The position numbers and the translations under genes were made by a program. Under the pieces are notes generated by a model. The model saw nothing but the letters and a program-made list of their open reading frames with translations, did not search any database and was not told where the DNA came from. Positions 28,934-39,600 of a stretch of 64,000 nucleotides of DNA are shown piece by piece (the first letter of the stretch is position 1; every line of letters begins with the position of its first letter). Source of the stretch: a virus; IMG/VR virus record IMGVR_UViG_3300044642_000074, positions 1 to 64,000 of that record; one strand, written 5' to 3'.

Positions 28934-30178
28934 ATGCTACCTGTGAAATCCAATACTGCCGAACAGGGTTGTTCTCCTGTATCCTCTAACTGTGTCGTAT
29001 GGCAAGGTCCTGACTTGTCATGTATTAACCTCTGCACCGGTGACACCGTTTCTGATGTAGTCTACAAGGTAGCAGTACAGCTCTGTACCATTAAGGACGA
29101 GCTTAAGTTGTCCACTCTGGACCTTACTTGTCTGACCACGTTTTGCTCTAGCGTAGGTCCTGCTCCAGCTACAAATAATAGAACCCTGTCGGCAGTGTTG
29201 GATTTTATTATTAAGAAGATCTGCTGTTTGGAAGATACTATTCCTGCAGGTGGGGGATCTGGTGGGGGTACTACTTACTCTGAACCTAATCTTGCCTTAC
29301 CTACTTGTCTTCAGTATACAGATCCTAATACTAATCAAACGGTTACTCAGCTGGTTCATAATCAGTATACGTTAAGACTAGCTAATCAGCATTGTGCTTT
29401 AAACACTACGGTTCAGGGGCATGTATCAACACTTGCTTCTTACAATACCAGGATTACTACTTTAGAAAACCGTCCTGCTACACCTCTTCCTCAGGTTACT
29501 CCTAATTGTATTTTACCTTCTGTGCCTACAGCTATGAATACTGTATTGGATGAACTTGAAGCTCAGTTTTGTACATTAAGAGGTGCCTTAGGTACTAATA
29601 CCCAGATTACTGCAGCAACAGCAAGTCAGTGTGCTAATCTAGCTTCGGCTAACGCTCTTAGTCAAAGTGGGATTATGTCCAGCCTAACTGGTTGGAACAC
29701 TAGTGTAACAAACATGGCTCAGGCTTTTCAGAATCTTTGGATTACTGTATGTGACATGAGAGCAGCTGTGGCTACTTTGATTACCACTGGTTCTCAGGTT
29801 AACTGTAATCTGTTTGTACTTAGCTATGATGCAAGTACAAATAACACTCGTACAGATGTTGTTTTGGATTTTAACCCCGGTACTATTATTCCTGCTGGTT
29901 TTTCCAATGCTGTTATTGGAAGTACCGTGGTTATTTCAGACGGTACTAATCAGAAGAGCTTCCCGATCAACTTAACTTCTCTTGCTGCTAGCGGTACATT
30001 TACTGCAGTGGTAGCAGGTGGTAGCGTTGTTGGTACAGCTCTTAATACTTCTCAACCTTATACGGTGACTGTAACTGGAAATATTACTAAAGACGGTCAA
30101 ACATGTAGCAAGACTGAATCTAGAACTATATCTGTTCCTTGTCCTATCATTACTAACGTAACAGCTAGCATATCATAA
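28934..30178 (+). CDS. Cys-rich fibre/spike structural protein
   Basis: N-terminal CSPVSSNCVVWQGPDL motif, coiled-coil middle, Ig-like C-terminus. Confidence 0.65.
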   Translation: MLPVKSNTAEQGCSPVSSNCVVWQGPDLSCINLCTGDTVSDVVYKVAVQLCTIKDELKLSTLDLTCLTTFCSSVGPAPATNNRTLSAVLDFIIKKICCLEDTIPAGGGSGGGTTYSEPNLALPTCLQYTDPNTNQTVTQLVHNQYTLRLANQHCALNTTVQGHVSTLASYNTRITTLENRPATPLPQVTPNCILPSVPTAMNTVLDELEAQFCTLRGALGTNTQITAATASQCANLASANALSQSGIMSSLTGWNTSVTNMAQAFQNLWITVCDMRAAVATLITTGSQVNCNLFVLSYDASTNNTRTDVVLDFNPGTIIPAGFSNAVIGSTVVISDGTNQKSFPINLTSLAASGTFTAVVAGGSVVGTALNTSQPYTVTVTGNITKDGQTCSKTESRTISVPCPIITNVTASIS

Positions 30179-30179
30179 T

Positions 30180-30743
30180 ATGAACATAACCCTTACATGG
30201 ACTGCAGGTGGTGGTGCTGCATCTCAAGATGTACAGTACAAACTTTCTACTTCGTCTACATGGATTACCCATGCAAACGTAGCAGGTAATGTATCTACTG
30301 CTACTATAAACGGATTACAAGACAACAGGATTTATGATTTTAGGGTTATCACAAATTGTGCCGGGGGAACACCTAGTGCAAGTCCTGCTACCCAACAAAT
30401 AAAGATTACTTGTCCGGTTGTAACTGCTACTCCTTCTGACGTAAGTATTGCTTATAGTTTTTCTGAACTTGGTGGTTCAGTTACCGCTTATGCAGTTAAA
30501 CTATTTAATAGTGATGGTAGCCAGGAACTTGCTAGCCAAGCTCCAACAGGAACTACTACCAGATCAGGAACTTTTACAGGACTTAGTCAAAGTACAGCTT
30601 ATAAAATAAGAGTAATTGTTACAGCTGGATCTTTCAGTAAGACTGACTGTGCTTTTGTAAATGCAACTACTACAGCAACGCCTGCTTGTAACCCGCCAAC
30701 CAATGTAACTGCTAGTATAGATCCTGATCTACCTCAAGAATAA
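30180..30743 (+). CDS. fibronectin type III domain protein (two FN3-like domains)
   Basis: LTWT...VQYK...INGLQDNRIYDFRV and FTGLSQSTAYKIRV signatures. Confidence 0.75.
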   Translation: MNITLTWTAGGGAASQDVQYKLSTSSTWITHANVAGNVSTATINGLQDNRIYDFRVITNCAGGTPSASPATQQIKITCPVVTATPSDVSIAYSFSELGGSVTAYAVKLFNSDGSQELASQAPTGTTTRSGTFTGLSQSTAYKIRVIVTAGSFSKTDCAFVNATTTATPACNPPTNVTASIDPDLPQE

Positions 30744-30757
30744 AATTACTATAGAAT

Positions 30758-31405
30758 ATGGCTTGCCCTGATCATAACCCATGTAACCCTTGTGCAGATT
30801 GCCCACCAGCTCCTGCCCTCAATCTTCCTCCTTGTCTTGGTGGTGAACCATGCGAAGAGATTTCTAAGGTTGACTGTATAACTTTTTCCGGACCTAACCT
30901 TCCGGCTCTTGGTGTTTTGAATAATGACAGGATGTTGGCTGTTTTGTTAAAGCTTCACAGAATAGTAAATGGACTAATTAGTCCTACTATTCCTTTAGCA
31001 AACTTTACTGCTACAAATACCGATACTACAGCTCCTATTGATCCTTTGGTAGTAACCTACTTGGGATTGGGACCTGTATACACTTCAACTGCAGGAGCTA
31101 CAAGTTCCGGAACTACTATTACAGTAGGATCTACTACGGGTTTAACCGTGGGGATGTCAGTACAAGTTTTATCAGGTAATGGAGTTTTTGCTGCTAACAC
31201 AACAGTATTATCTGTTCCTACTGCAACAACTTTTGTAGTTACTGCTGCACCAACTACTGCACTTTCTGGTACAACTAACATAATAAGGGCAACAGGATCT
31301 AATCATGAAATATTTACTATTAGTGTAGCTGCCGGAACACCACAGACTTTTAGAGCTTTTGTAGGTTCGCCTGTAAGAGTATCTGGTACAGGAACCATTG
31401 TATAA
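30758..31405 (+). CDS. Cys-rich structural protein
   Basis: CEEISKVDCITFSGPNL motif paralogous to 28934; C-terminal beta domain. Confidence 0.6.
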   Translation: MACPDHNPCNPCADCPPAPALNLPPCLGGEPCEEISKVDCITFSGPNLPALGVLNNDRMLAVLLKLHRIVNGLISPTIPLANFTATNTDTTAPIDPLVVTYLGLGPVYTSTAGATSSGTTITVGSTTGLTVGMSVQVLSGNGVFAANTTVLSVPTATTFVVTAAPTTALSGTTNIIRATGSNHEIFTISVAAGTPQTFRAFVGSPVRVSGTGTIV

Positions 31406-31415
31406 CCAATTAGAT

Positions 31416-31847
31416 ATGTCTACTTATTCTTGTTCAACATTTAGAACCCTTCAGGTTAGTTTTGCTAGTCCTGCCATTACACCGGCTAACGGCTATGTGG
31501 TAAAGTGGAGACCTGTTGGTACTACTGAGTGGAATACTGTTAACCAGAACCAGAACCCTGTTACAATTGCAGGCGTACCCGGTTGTTTTAATATTGAAGG
31601 TACTATTCAGGCAAACTGTGGCAGTGGTAACTTAGGTTCAGCTGTTTCATTTGCAGTTAGCTCTAGTTCAGCAGAATGTAGAAATATTCGTCTGCTTGCT
31701 ACAGCTTCTTATAGTTATGTACCGTGCAACAGTAATGTAGCTGTTAGTGTAAACAATCAATCAGGAAGTCCAACCGTAGTTTGTGCTAAAGATGGTACAG
31801 TAAGCGGAGGAACATTTACTGATCTCAACCAAGCCTGTATAGGATAA
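31416..31847 (+). CDS. FN3-like Cys-rich protein
   Basis: PANGYVVKWRPVGTTEW; in-frame ATG at 31416. Confidence 0.6.
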   Translation: MSTYSCSTFRTLQVSFASPAITPANGYVVKWRPVGTTEWNTVNQNQNPVTIAGVPGCFNIEGTIQANCGSGNLGSAVSFAVSSSSAECRNIRLLATASYSYVPCNSNVAVSVNNQSGSPTVVCAKDGTVSGGTFTDLNQACIG

Positions 31848-31857
31848 TTATTATAAG

Positions 31858-32652
31858 ATGCCTAACTTAAATATATCATTTACTCCTGTATCACCTGCTC
31901 CTACTAATGGGTATAGGGTGAAGTATTGGAATGTAAATACGCCTGGTAATATAATTACAGTTACTCCTAATCCAACTAGCTCTCCTGTAAGTATTATAGG
32001 TGTTGATGCAGCATCTTATGCAGGAACTATTGAATCAGCTTGTGGTGGTGGAAACTTTTCTGCACCACAAAACTTTACAGCAACCTTTACACCAACTTAC
32101 TACTATTATGCTCTAAATGAATATGCTTGTAGTAACTGTACATTAGGTAGCACAAAAGTAGGTAGATCAACTACAGTGCTTTCTACTAGTAGTGGAACAC
32201 ACTATAAAGTGGGAAGTTATAGTTATGTAGTTACTAACCAAATCACCCCTGCTCCAGCATCATTTGATGTGGACTTAGATACGTCTACACAAACAGGTGC
32301 AAACTGTAGCATTGCTTGTGGATCTGTAAGTAACGGTACTGTAACAATTCAGAATCAGACACAGGGTAGTATTAGTTTTTCAGATTTTAGTCCAGCTTGG
32401 TTTACTATAGATAGTGGTAGTGTATCACCTTTGATAAGCGGATCAATTGCAACAGGTACTAATGGTGGGTATATTGGAAACATGAGTATTACAGTAAGTT
32501 CTGTTTCTCAAAACGGATGTCTTGTACTAAGAAAAAATGGCATTGTTATAGATAGTAATGCAGTAACTAGTACAGGAATGTATCAGTTTAATAGCTTAAA
32601 CATTGCAAATACCGACAGCGTGTCTATACAATTTGTAGCTAGCTGTCCATAA
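31858..32652 (+). CDS. FN3-like Cys-rich protein
   Basis: PTNGYRVKYW...GTIESACG paralogous to the preceding gene. Confidence 0.6.
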   Translation: MPNLNISFTPVSPAPTNGYRVKYWNVNTPGNIITVTPNPTSSPVSIIGVDAASYAGTIESACGGGNFSAPQNFTATFTPTYYYYALNEYACSNCTLGSTKVGRSTTVLSTSSGTHYKVGSYSYVVTNQITPAPASFDVDLDTSTQTGANCSIACGSVSNGTVTIQNQTQGSISFSDFSPAWFTIDSGSVSPLISGSIATGTNGGYIGNMSITVSSVSQNGCLVLRKNGIVIDSNAVTSTGMYQFNSLNIANTDSVSIQFVASCP

Positions 32653-32694
32653 TATAAAAAAGTCAGTGGTTTTGTTGGTTTCCCTGACATAACA

Positions 32695-32730
32695 AAGCCC
32701 CTGGTATTTCTATACTGGGGGCTTAATTTT
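32695..32730 (+). terminator. stem-loop terminator
   Basis: 13-bp stem AAGCCCCTGGTAT-TTCT-ATACTGGGGGCTT followed by AATTTT. Confidence 0.7.
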
Positions 32731-32819
32731 GTAGAACTGTTTATAGTTTGTGTATAATTATACCATAAGCTCTACATAAAGAGCTAATTTTATACACCAT
32801 ATACCCAACCCAATACCCT

Positions 32820-34136
32820 ATGAGCCTAATCCATCAGGTATATGGATCTCTGAGGTGGAAAAAAACCGATGAGTTCTGTGCCACAAAGCTAGGTATTTCC
32901 CTGCAGAAATACCAAGAAATCAAGAAACAAATTTTACAGACCAGAGAACTTCTACAGAATGAGCTGGATACCAGTCTTGTAGAACTAGCTGGCCAGCGTA
33001 TGCTCGAGCTGATTGATGATGAGCAGATAAAAAATAAGTACATCACCGATCTGGAAGATCAGCTGGTAGAGGCTATCAACCAGCAGAGAGAAAAGGTCGT
33101 AGAGTTCAAGGAAAACTTGGATGAAGGTACAGCCGAGATCAAGGGTGTAGCATTTGCAGAACCTAAGAGCCCCGAAGAAATTATCCGGATTTTGAAGATA
33201 GACACTGAGAAGTGGAAGCTGTCTTCCTACTGGAACAAACAACACAAAGACTACTGGCTGGTTTCAGCCATGGTTACCCATAAGATTTTAGAAGGTAAGG
33301 ATCTTCTAAAGCATACACTAGAAAACTTTCAACCTGACTATACACCCGTTGCAGAGGTGCATCTTAACGACACGTTTGTTAATCCTACCGTGGGGGTCTT
33401 GAGTATTCAGGACCTCCATTTTGGTAAGGAAGGTAACGACACAGTAGTTAAAGAGTTTCGCGAGGCCGTTTCTAACCTAACACTAAGAGCTTACAAGAGC
33501 CACCGACTGGAGAAGATTATCTATGTCTTTGGTGGGGATCTGCTTAACATGGATACATTCCACGGGCAGACCACCAAGGGCACTCCGGTGGACAATGACA
33601 TGCGTGCACAGGATGCATACAAACAAGCATTTGATTCTCTGTACTGGAGCATCAACTTTGTAAAGCAGTTCTGTAATGAGTTACACGTAGTATACCTTCC
33701 TGGTAACCATGACAGGCTCAGTTCCTATCATATGGCTCATGCCTTGTCTAAGTGTTTTTCTAAAGAAAACAATATCATATTTAACGTAGAATATTCAGAG
33801 CGTAAAGTTATTACCTATGGTAGTAACTTTTTTGCTTTTGAACACGGAGACGTAAGCTCTAAGAATACACCATTAGTATACGCTACAGAGTTTGCTAAAG
33901 AGTGGGGATCTACATTATACCGTACCTGTTATACTGGCCACTGGCATCGTAAGAAGACTGTGGAATACGTTAGTGAAAATGAGGTACACGGTTTTGCTTT
34001 AAAGCAGCTTCCGAGTTTATCCAAGTCTGACTACTGGCATTACCACAACAAGTTTACTGGGGCTAAACGCCAGGCTGTTATGGAGGTACATGACCGTACA
34101 AAAGGTAAGATTACCGAGCTGACATATACTGCCTAA
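32820..34136 (+). CDS. calcineurin-like metallophosphoesterase with N-terminal helical region
   Basis: Complete motif set DLHFG, GGDLL, GNHD, HGD, GHWH. Confidence 0.88.
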   Translation: MSLIHQVYGSLRWKKTDEFCATKLGISLQKYQEIKKQILQTRELLQNELDTSLVELAGQRMLELIDDEQIKNKYITDLEDQLVEAINQQREKVVEFKENLDEGTAEIKGVAFAEPKSPEEIIRILKIDTEKWKLSSYWNKQHKDYWLVSAMVTHKILEGKDLLKHTLENFQPDYTPVAEVHLNDTFVNPTVGVLSIQDLHFGKEGNDTVVKEFREAVSNLTLRAYKSHRLEKIIYVFGGDLLNMDTFHGQTTKGTPVDNDMRAQDAYKQAFDSLYWSINFVKQFCNELHVVYLPGNHDRLSSYHMAHALSKCFSKENNIIFNVEYSERKVITYGSNFFAFEHGDVSSKNTPLVYATEFAKEWGSTLYRTCYTGHWHRKKTVEYVSENEVHGFALKQLPSLSKSDYWHYHNKFTGAKRQAVMEVHDRTKGKITELTYTA

Positions 34137-34143
34137 ACTCTAC

Positions 34144-34195
34144 AAGTTTAGCTAGGAAACCTCAGAGATTTTCCGTAAATTATTAATGTAGAACC
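34144..34195 (+). promoter_or_regulatory. extended phage promoter-like motif
   Basis: AAGTTTAG...AAACCTCAGAGATTTTCCGTAAATTATTAATGTAGAACC; near copy at 51189. Confidence 0.6.
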
Positions 34196-34197
34196 TT

Positions 34198-34803
34198 GTG
34201 GCCATACCCTATAAAAAACCAGACCTAAACGCTCCTAGATACCGCCCTAAGAAACTGAACTTCACTAACCAGGATTTCTATAATCAGTTTATACAGGCTA
34301 ATCCCAGGTTTGCTTCTTTAACTCCACAGAAGTTTAAAGAGGTTGTTACCAATTTTAATGGTAAGATATGGGAAACAGTAATAGCAGAAAGGGACGGAGT
34401 AGAACTGCCAGAGCAGCTCGGATTTATTTTTATAGGAACATGCCCTCGTAAAAAAAGTAACGTAGACTTTCACAAGTCTCAGACGTATGGAGTAAAACTT
34501 CAGAACCAGAATTGGGAATCCGATCAGTACGTTGCTAAAATCTTCTACACAAATTTTGAAACTAAGTACCGGTTCAAGCATCACGAGATGTGGGGCTTTA
34601 CCGGTGTAAGAGACTTCAAACGTACGGTTGGGAAGACCTATCCTACAGAGTGGAAGAAATATGTGATGGTAGATAATCTTGTAAGGGTAAGCCGAATCTT
34701 TCGTAAGCAGAAGTTCAGACATTATAAAGAAGACCTTACTCAGCAACTCTTAGAAGAGTATGATGAGTTTAACCTAGAAACACCATGGCCAGACCTACCA
34801 TAG
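34198..34803 (+). CDS. IHF/HU-like protein of the crAss tail module
   Basis: IWETVIAERDGVELPEQLGFIFI resembles the HU/IHF core; synteny before ring and muzzle genes. Confidence 0.6.
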   Translation: MAIPYKKPDLNAPRYRPKKLNFTNQDFYNQFIQANPRFASLTPQKFKEVVTNFNGKIWETVIAERDGVELPEQLGFIFIGTCPRKKSNVDFHKSQTYGVKLQNQNWESDQYVAKIFYTNFETKYRFKHHEMWGFTGVRDFKRTVGKTYPTEWKKYVMVDNLVRVSRIFRKQKFRHYKEDLTQQLLEEYDEFNLETPWPDLP

Positions 34804-35459
34804 GAAATATCCTTTCAAGAATCCGTACCCAGGTAAAGGCGGTAAGGCAAGATGCTTTACTGACTGACCGGGTAATCTATACGTTTGTCCTCAAGCATGC
34901 CAAATGGCTAATGAAGCGTGAGGATGCGAAGAACCGTTTGCTTGGGTTTTCCGGAGTGGTTCAGACTATGGACTTTGTGGAACTGATTGAGGTAGATAAG
35001 GTAGAAGCATGTTGTACAGGTTTAAGTTCTGATTGTAAGATCAAACGTACGAAGGAAAAGATGCCTGTATTTATGCAGGGATACTACGGTCCGTTAATCC
35101 GTACTGTAGCTAGTCTTGATGGATCAGAAGAACTTCAACCTACCAATCCTAATTCTTACTTGGCTATGAGCCGCAGTAAGAACTTTAAGTATAACAAAGC
35201 TAAATACTTCTGGTACCTCGATGACTATTTATACTTTCCAAACCTTGACTGGGATGCTGTACGTATAGAAGGAATCTTTGAAGATGATATTTCAAGATTT
35301 ACTTGTGAAGAGGATAACTGCAAGGTTCGTTCAGACGAAAGTTTTAACGTTCCTGACTATCTACATGGTGAAATAGAATCACAAGTATTTAGAGACTTAG
35401 CAGGTATGTACCAGCTTCCTACGGATATGCCGAACGATAAACAAAATGCTCTTAGGTAA
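34785..35459 (+). CDS. tail ring protein
   Basis: 224 aa; YFWYLDDYLYFPN...IEGIFEDD; crAss tail-module synteny. Confidence 0.65.
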   Translation: MARPTIGNILSRIRTQVKAVRQDALLTDRVIYTFVLKHAKWLMKREDAKNRLLGFSGVVQTMDFVELIEVDKVEACCTGLSSDCKIKRTKEKMPVFMQGYYGPLIRTVASLDGSEELQPTNPNSYLAMSRSKNFKYNKAKYFWYLDDYLYFPNLDWDAVRIEGIFEDDISRFTCEEDNCKVRSDESFNVPDYLHGEIESQVFRDLAGMYQLPTDMPNDKQNALR

Positions 35460-36328
35460 TGAAGACAGAACTTCAATATAGAACTTTTGATCAGCTCTTG
35501 GATGAAGTCTCTGCAGACTTTACCACATATAGTATTGAGGGCATGATCGAACCTGGTCAGTTGATCAAGGTTGCTCAGCGTGTAAACTATGATCTGGGTC
35601 TGCGTATTCATGGTACCAAAGAAAAAGTACTGGATATAGAAAAGTCAAAGACTAAACTTCCGGATGATTTTTATGTGCTAAACTACGCATACCTGTGCGG
35701 AAGATATACGGTGTCTAGTCCTGTTATGGCTGGACGTGAAACAGAAAATGTCATACTTAATAAAGATCTCTGCAGAAAGTGCGGCAAACCTGATCCTACT
35801 TGTAGCTGTGAAGCTACTTATACTGTAGAGTGCAATACTGGTCAAAAAGTATTTGTACAGGTTGTAGAAAAACGTAAGTATGAAACTCGTACTTATGACA
35901 CGTTTGAACCTATTCGTATTTCCACATCTACTGGAAAAATAGATGCTACAGACGATAGGGGAGTAAGAGCAGGGTACATTAAGAATGGTTTTATTTATAC
36001 CAACCTAACTGAAGGAAGAATCTTTATTTCTTACCAGGGGTCATTAGAAGATGACCATGGTAATCTTTTGGTACTGGATCATCCTATGATTAACGAGTAC
36101 TATGAATATGCTTTGAAGCAGAGAATATTGGAGAACCTATTTATTGCTGGTGAAGAAGTAAGCCAGAAGATGCAGCTTATAGAGCAGCGTCTTAGAGGTG
36201 CTCGTAATAATGCTCTAAGCATAGTGAACACCCCGGATTTTGCAGAAATGTACAAGCTGTGGCAGACTAATAGAAAGGCCATGTATAGCAAATACTATGA
36301 TATGTTTAAATCAACCGAGGGGTTCTAG
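35459..36328 (+). CDS. tail tubular/ring protein (P22 gp4-like position)
   Basis: KLPDDFY, GFIYTN...ISYQG, YYEYALK motifs; Cys-rich insert CRKCGKPDPTCSC. Confidence 0.65.
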   Translation: MKTELQYRTFDQLLDEVSADFTTYSIEGMIEPGQLIKVAQRVNYDLGLRIHGTKEKVLDIEKSKTKLPDDFYVLNYAYLCGRYTVSSPVMAGRETENVILNKDLCRKCGKPDPTCSCEATYTVECNTGQKVFVQVVEKRKYETRTYDTFEPIRISTSTGKIDATDDRGVRAGYIKNGFIYTNLTEGRIFISYQGSLEDDHGNLLVLDHPMINEYYEYALKQRILENLFIAGEEVSQKMQLIEQRLRGARNNALSIVNTPDFAEMYKLWQTNRKAMYSKYYDMFKSTEGF

Positions 36329-36331
36329 TAT

Positions 36332-36691
36332 ATGAGAATAAAAACCACTATAAAACTTCCGACCTACAGCTGTGATCTCGTAATAAGCGTTGTTGAAAGC
36401 GTAGCCGTAGAAGCAGAGAGACTTTATAAGAAGCATAAGATAACTGAACCGTTTGGAGCTGAGGCAGAAGGAGCTCTTGTAATGATAGGTATGGAAAGAT
36501 ACTACTTGTTGTTTCACAAGGACTTTCTTACTCATAATACTATAGCTCATGAAATATTTCACGCAGCTGTTAGAATAACAGAAGATCGTGACGTGACAGA
36601 TGAAGAAGCTCAGGCTTGGGTCGCTGGATATCTTAGTGCAGTAGTATATAAATTTTTAGAAAAGAAGAAGCTAGAGATAAAACATGGCTGA
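36332..36691 (+). CDS. small zincin-like metallopeptidase
   Basis: TIAHEIFH...DEEAQAW (HExxH plus downstream Glu). Confidence 0.7.
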   Translation: MRIKTTIKLPTYSCDLVISVVESVAVEAERLYKKHKITEPFGAEAEGALVMIGMERYYLLFHKDFLTHNTIAHEIFHAAVRITEDRDVTDEEAQAWVAGYLSAVVYKFLEKKKLEIKHG

Positions 36692-39600
36692 GCAAAGACA
36701 AAATAATCCCGGAGCTGTTACCAATACTTTTTCAAAAGGTATGGTAAAAGATTTCAATGATACCTTTGTTGGTGAAGGTCTGTGGACTCATGCCCGTAAC
36801 GCAGTTAATAATTCCCATGATGGTCAGCTGGGTGTTATAGGAAACGAACCTGCTAACCTGCATTGTGTCACACTTCCTTATGATCTCATAGGTGTTATTC
36901 ATTTAAGAGATGACCAGTGGGCAGTATATACTACAAATGATGTAGACTCTGAGATTGGTGTTTTTGATGAGAGCCAGTGTACATACACTAAGAAGGTTAA
37001 CGATCGTTGCCTCAACTTTAGACGTACAAACTTAATTACCGGCATAAGCCGTAGAAGGTTTGATTGTGAGCGTCCTGTTTACTGGGCAGATGGTAGAAAC
37101 CCAGACAGATTTATGGATCTGGATAACCCCCCGTTTAAGTTTACTGAATCTATACAAAACGGGTGTGTTACCAAAACTTATACTAACCAGCTGGATTGTG
37201 AAAAGATCCGCCTGGCTTCTTTGGTTACTGCTCCATGTATAGTCCTAGAAAAAGGAAAGGGAGCTGGTACTTTACCAAATGGATCTTACCAGGTTTGCCT
37301 GGCCTACACAATTAACCAGGTTAAGATAACTGACTATATGGGACTTTCAGAAGTTCAGTCAGTTTTTCATCATGATAATGTAAAGTCATCTTTAGAAGTT
37401 AAGATTACACAAGTTGACCAGAACTTTGACGAGTTTGAACTGGTTATTCTGGCTCAGATAAATGGAGAGACTATTGCCCGCAGAATCGGGTACTATTCTA
37501 CAAACCAGGGTACTATCTACATAGATACTCTTAGCAATGAAAGTCCTACCGTACCGATCAACCAGGTTGTTGTACGTACAGAACCTATAGAAAGAAGTGA
37601 TACCATGTACCAGGTAAATGACTACGCGTTGCGTGTAGGTGTTTACACTAAGTACAAGTTTAACTATCAGCTTCAGGCTAATAATATCCGCAGTAGCTGG
37701 GTAGCTGTAGAATATCCTGCAGAATACTACAAGAAAGGCGGAAACAATACTGGCTACATGAGAGATGAGCAGTATGCGTTTTTTATCCGTTGGGTGTATA
37801 ACACAGGAGAGAGATCTGAATCTTATCATATTCCAGGTCGTAGTGCTTTACCTACTGAAAAAGATATTGTGGTAAATGCAGATGCCTATGAAGCTGCTAA
37901 CGGAGTTACCGTACAGCGTTGGCAGGTGTATAACACTGCTACGATAGAAGGTAGAACTGCAACTTTGCTTGCAGACGGGGGAAGAGTTATTGGTACTGGT
38001 AGAATGGGTTATTGGGAGTCAACTGAAAAGTATCCTGATGATCGTCCGGATATTTGGGGCAACCTTTGCGGTCAACCTATTCGTCATCATAAGTTTCCTG
38101 ATGAAACTTGTGATACTGCTGCTACTAACCGTGTGTTAGATACATTTAGTCAGAGCGGATCTAAGATTGTTATTCTTGGTGTACAGTTTGAAAACATAAC
38201 ACACCCTCTGGATAATAACGGAAATCCTATTACCTCTATAGTAGGATATGAAATACTTAGAGGTTCCCGCCAGGGAAATAAAACTGTTATAGGAAAGGGT
38301 CTCTTAAATAACATGAGAACCTTTAAATTGCCTGAAGATACTACCAATGAAAGGTTGTTTCAGAACTATCCTTTTAATGACCTTCGTGCAGACTCTTACT
38401 TGACAACTGAATTTCAGAGTGGGACTAACGGATCTCCTGATGTAAAGTCATCTAAGATGACAGGATATAAGAAGAACATCTTTTCTTTTCATAGTCCTGA
38501 AACTACATTTAGCCAACCATTTGTAAATGCTACAGAGTTAAAAGTATATCAGCAGCTTAGCGGTACTGCTACTGGACGTTTTATTATTCCGCATAAGCAT
38601 CCTAAGTTTAAACTACCTACTAACTTTGCAGATACTATATCTGACGTATTAGGTGTAGTTCAACAGATAGCAGACATTACAAGTTTGATTGCCGGAGCTG
38701 CTCCGACTATTAATCTTCAAGGTACCTCTGATCTTCCTTTTACACAGAGTCTAATTACTCCACATAGACAAGAGTCTTTATCTGGTATATTTGCCGGGGT
38801 GACTAGTGGATGGGTCGGAACTACCGGTGCACCTGGTGCTGATACTGCAGCATCTTCAAGAAGATCTATTGCAAACACAGCTATTACCGTGGCAAACGGT
38901 ATAGTGATGGTAACGTTGGCAGCATTTAAAGCTAATGTTACTTCTGAGCAAGTATTCAGATTAATTCTTGCTTTAGTACCTTATAGACAATACGCTGCTC
39001 AATATGTGTCTCATGGTTTTTATAACCAGGCAGTTAATCAACCTTTAGATTTCAGACGTCGTTTTGTTACCAATACAAGTTATGTAGGGGCTGACGTAGC
39101 TACGTTTGGTTCATCTTATCAAATCTACAATCTTAACAGAAACCGTTTTGTGGCTGTAGAGATACCTCAAGCTACAGAATTAAATCCTCCTACAGTTGTA
39201 GATAACAGCCGTTTTATCATTAGTGAAAGAAACGCTGAGCTAAACAAAGACCTAACAAGTACAATATCTAGTTTGTACGGAGCTTTAAAGATTCCTTTAG
39301 ATGCTCAGTACGGACAGTTGGAAAGCATTAAGCAGATACCAATATCTTCCTGTGTTTTTAATACAGTAGCAAACACTACCAGCAAGTTTATTACTCCTGT
39401 TTTATTTGGAGGAGACATTTATATTAACAGGTTTACTGAGAAGAACAATATGTTGTTCTTTAATACCTGGCTGATGGGAGAACCTAACGGTGCAGAGCTG
39501 GACTATACTTTATATTTCAGCATGCCGTATTCAAGATTCTGGGTAAACAATACAGATCTTAACGGTGGCTTGTTTGAAGGAGCTTCTAATTTCAGGGTTC

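Noticed and set aside
14680-32652. Diversity-generating retroelement or invertible shufflon acting on tail fibres
   Set aside because: No reverse transcriptase or recombinase in the window, and no adenine-specific TR/VR pair or inverted repeat set was seen; repeats are protein-level with synonymous divergence
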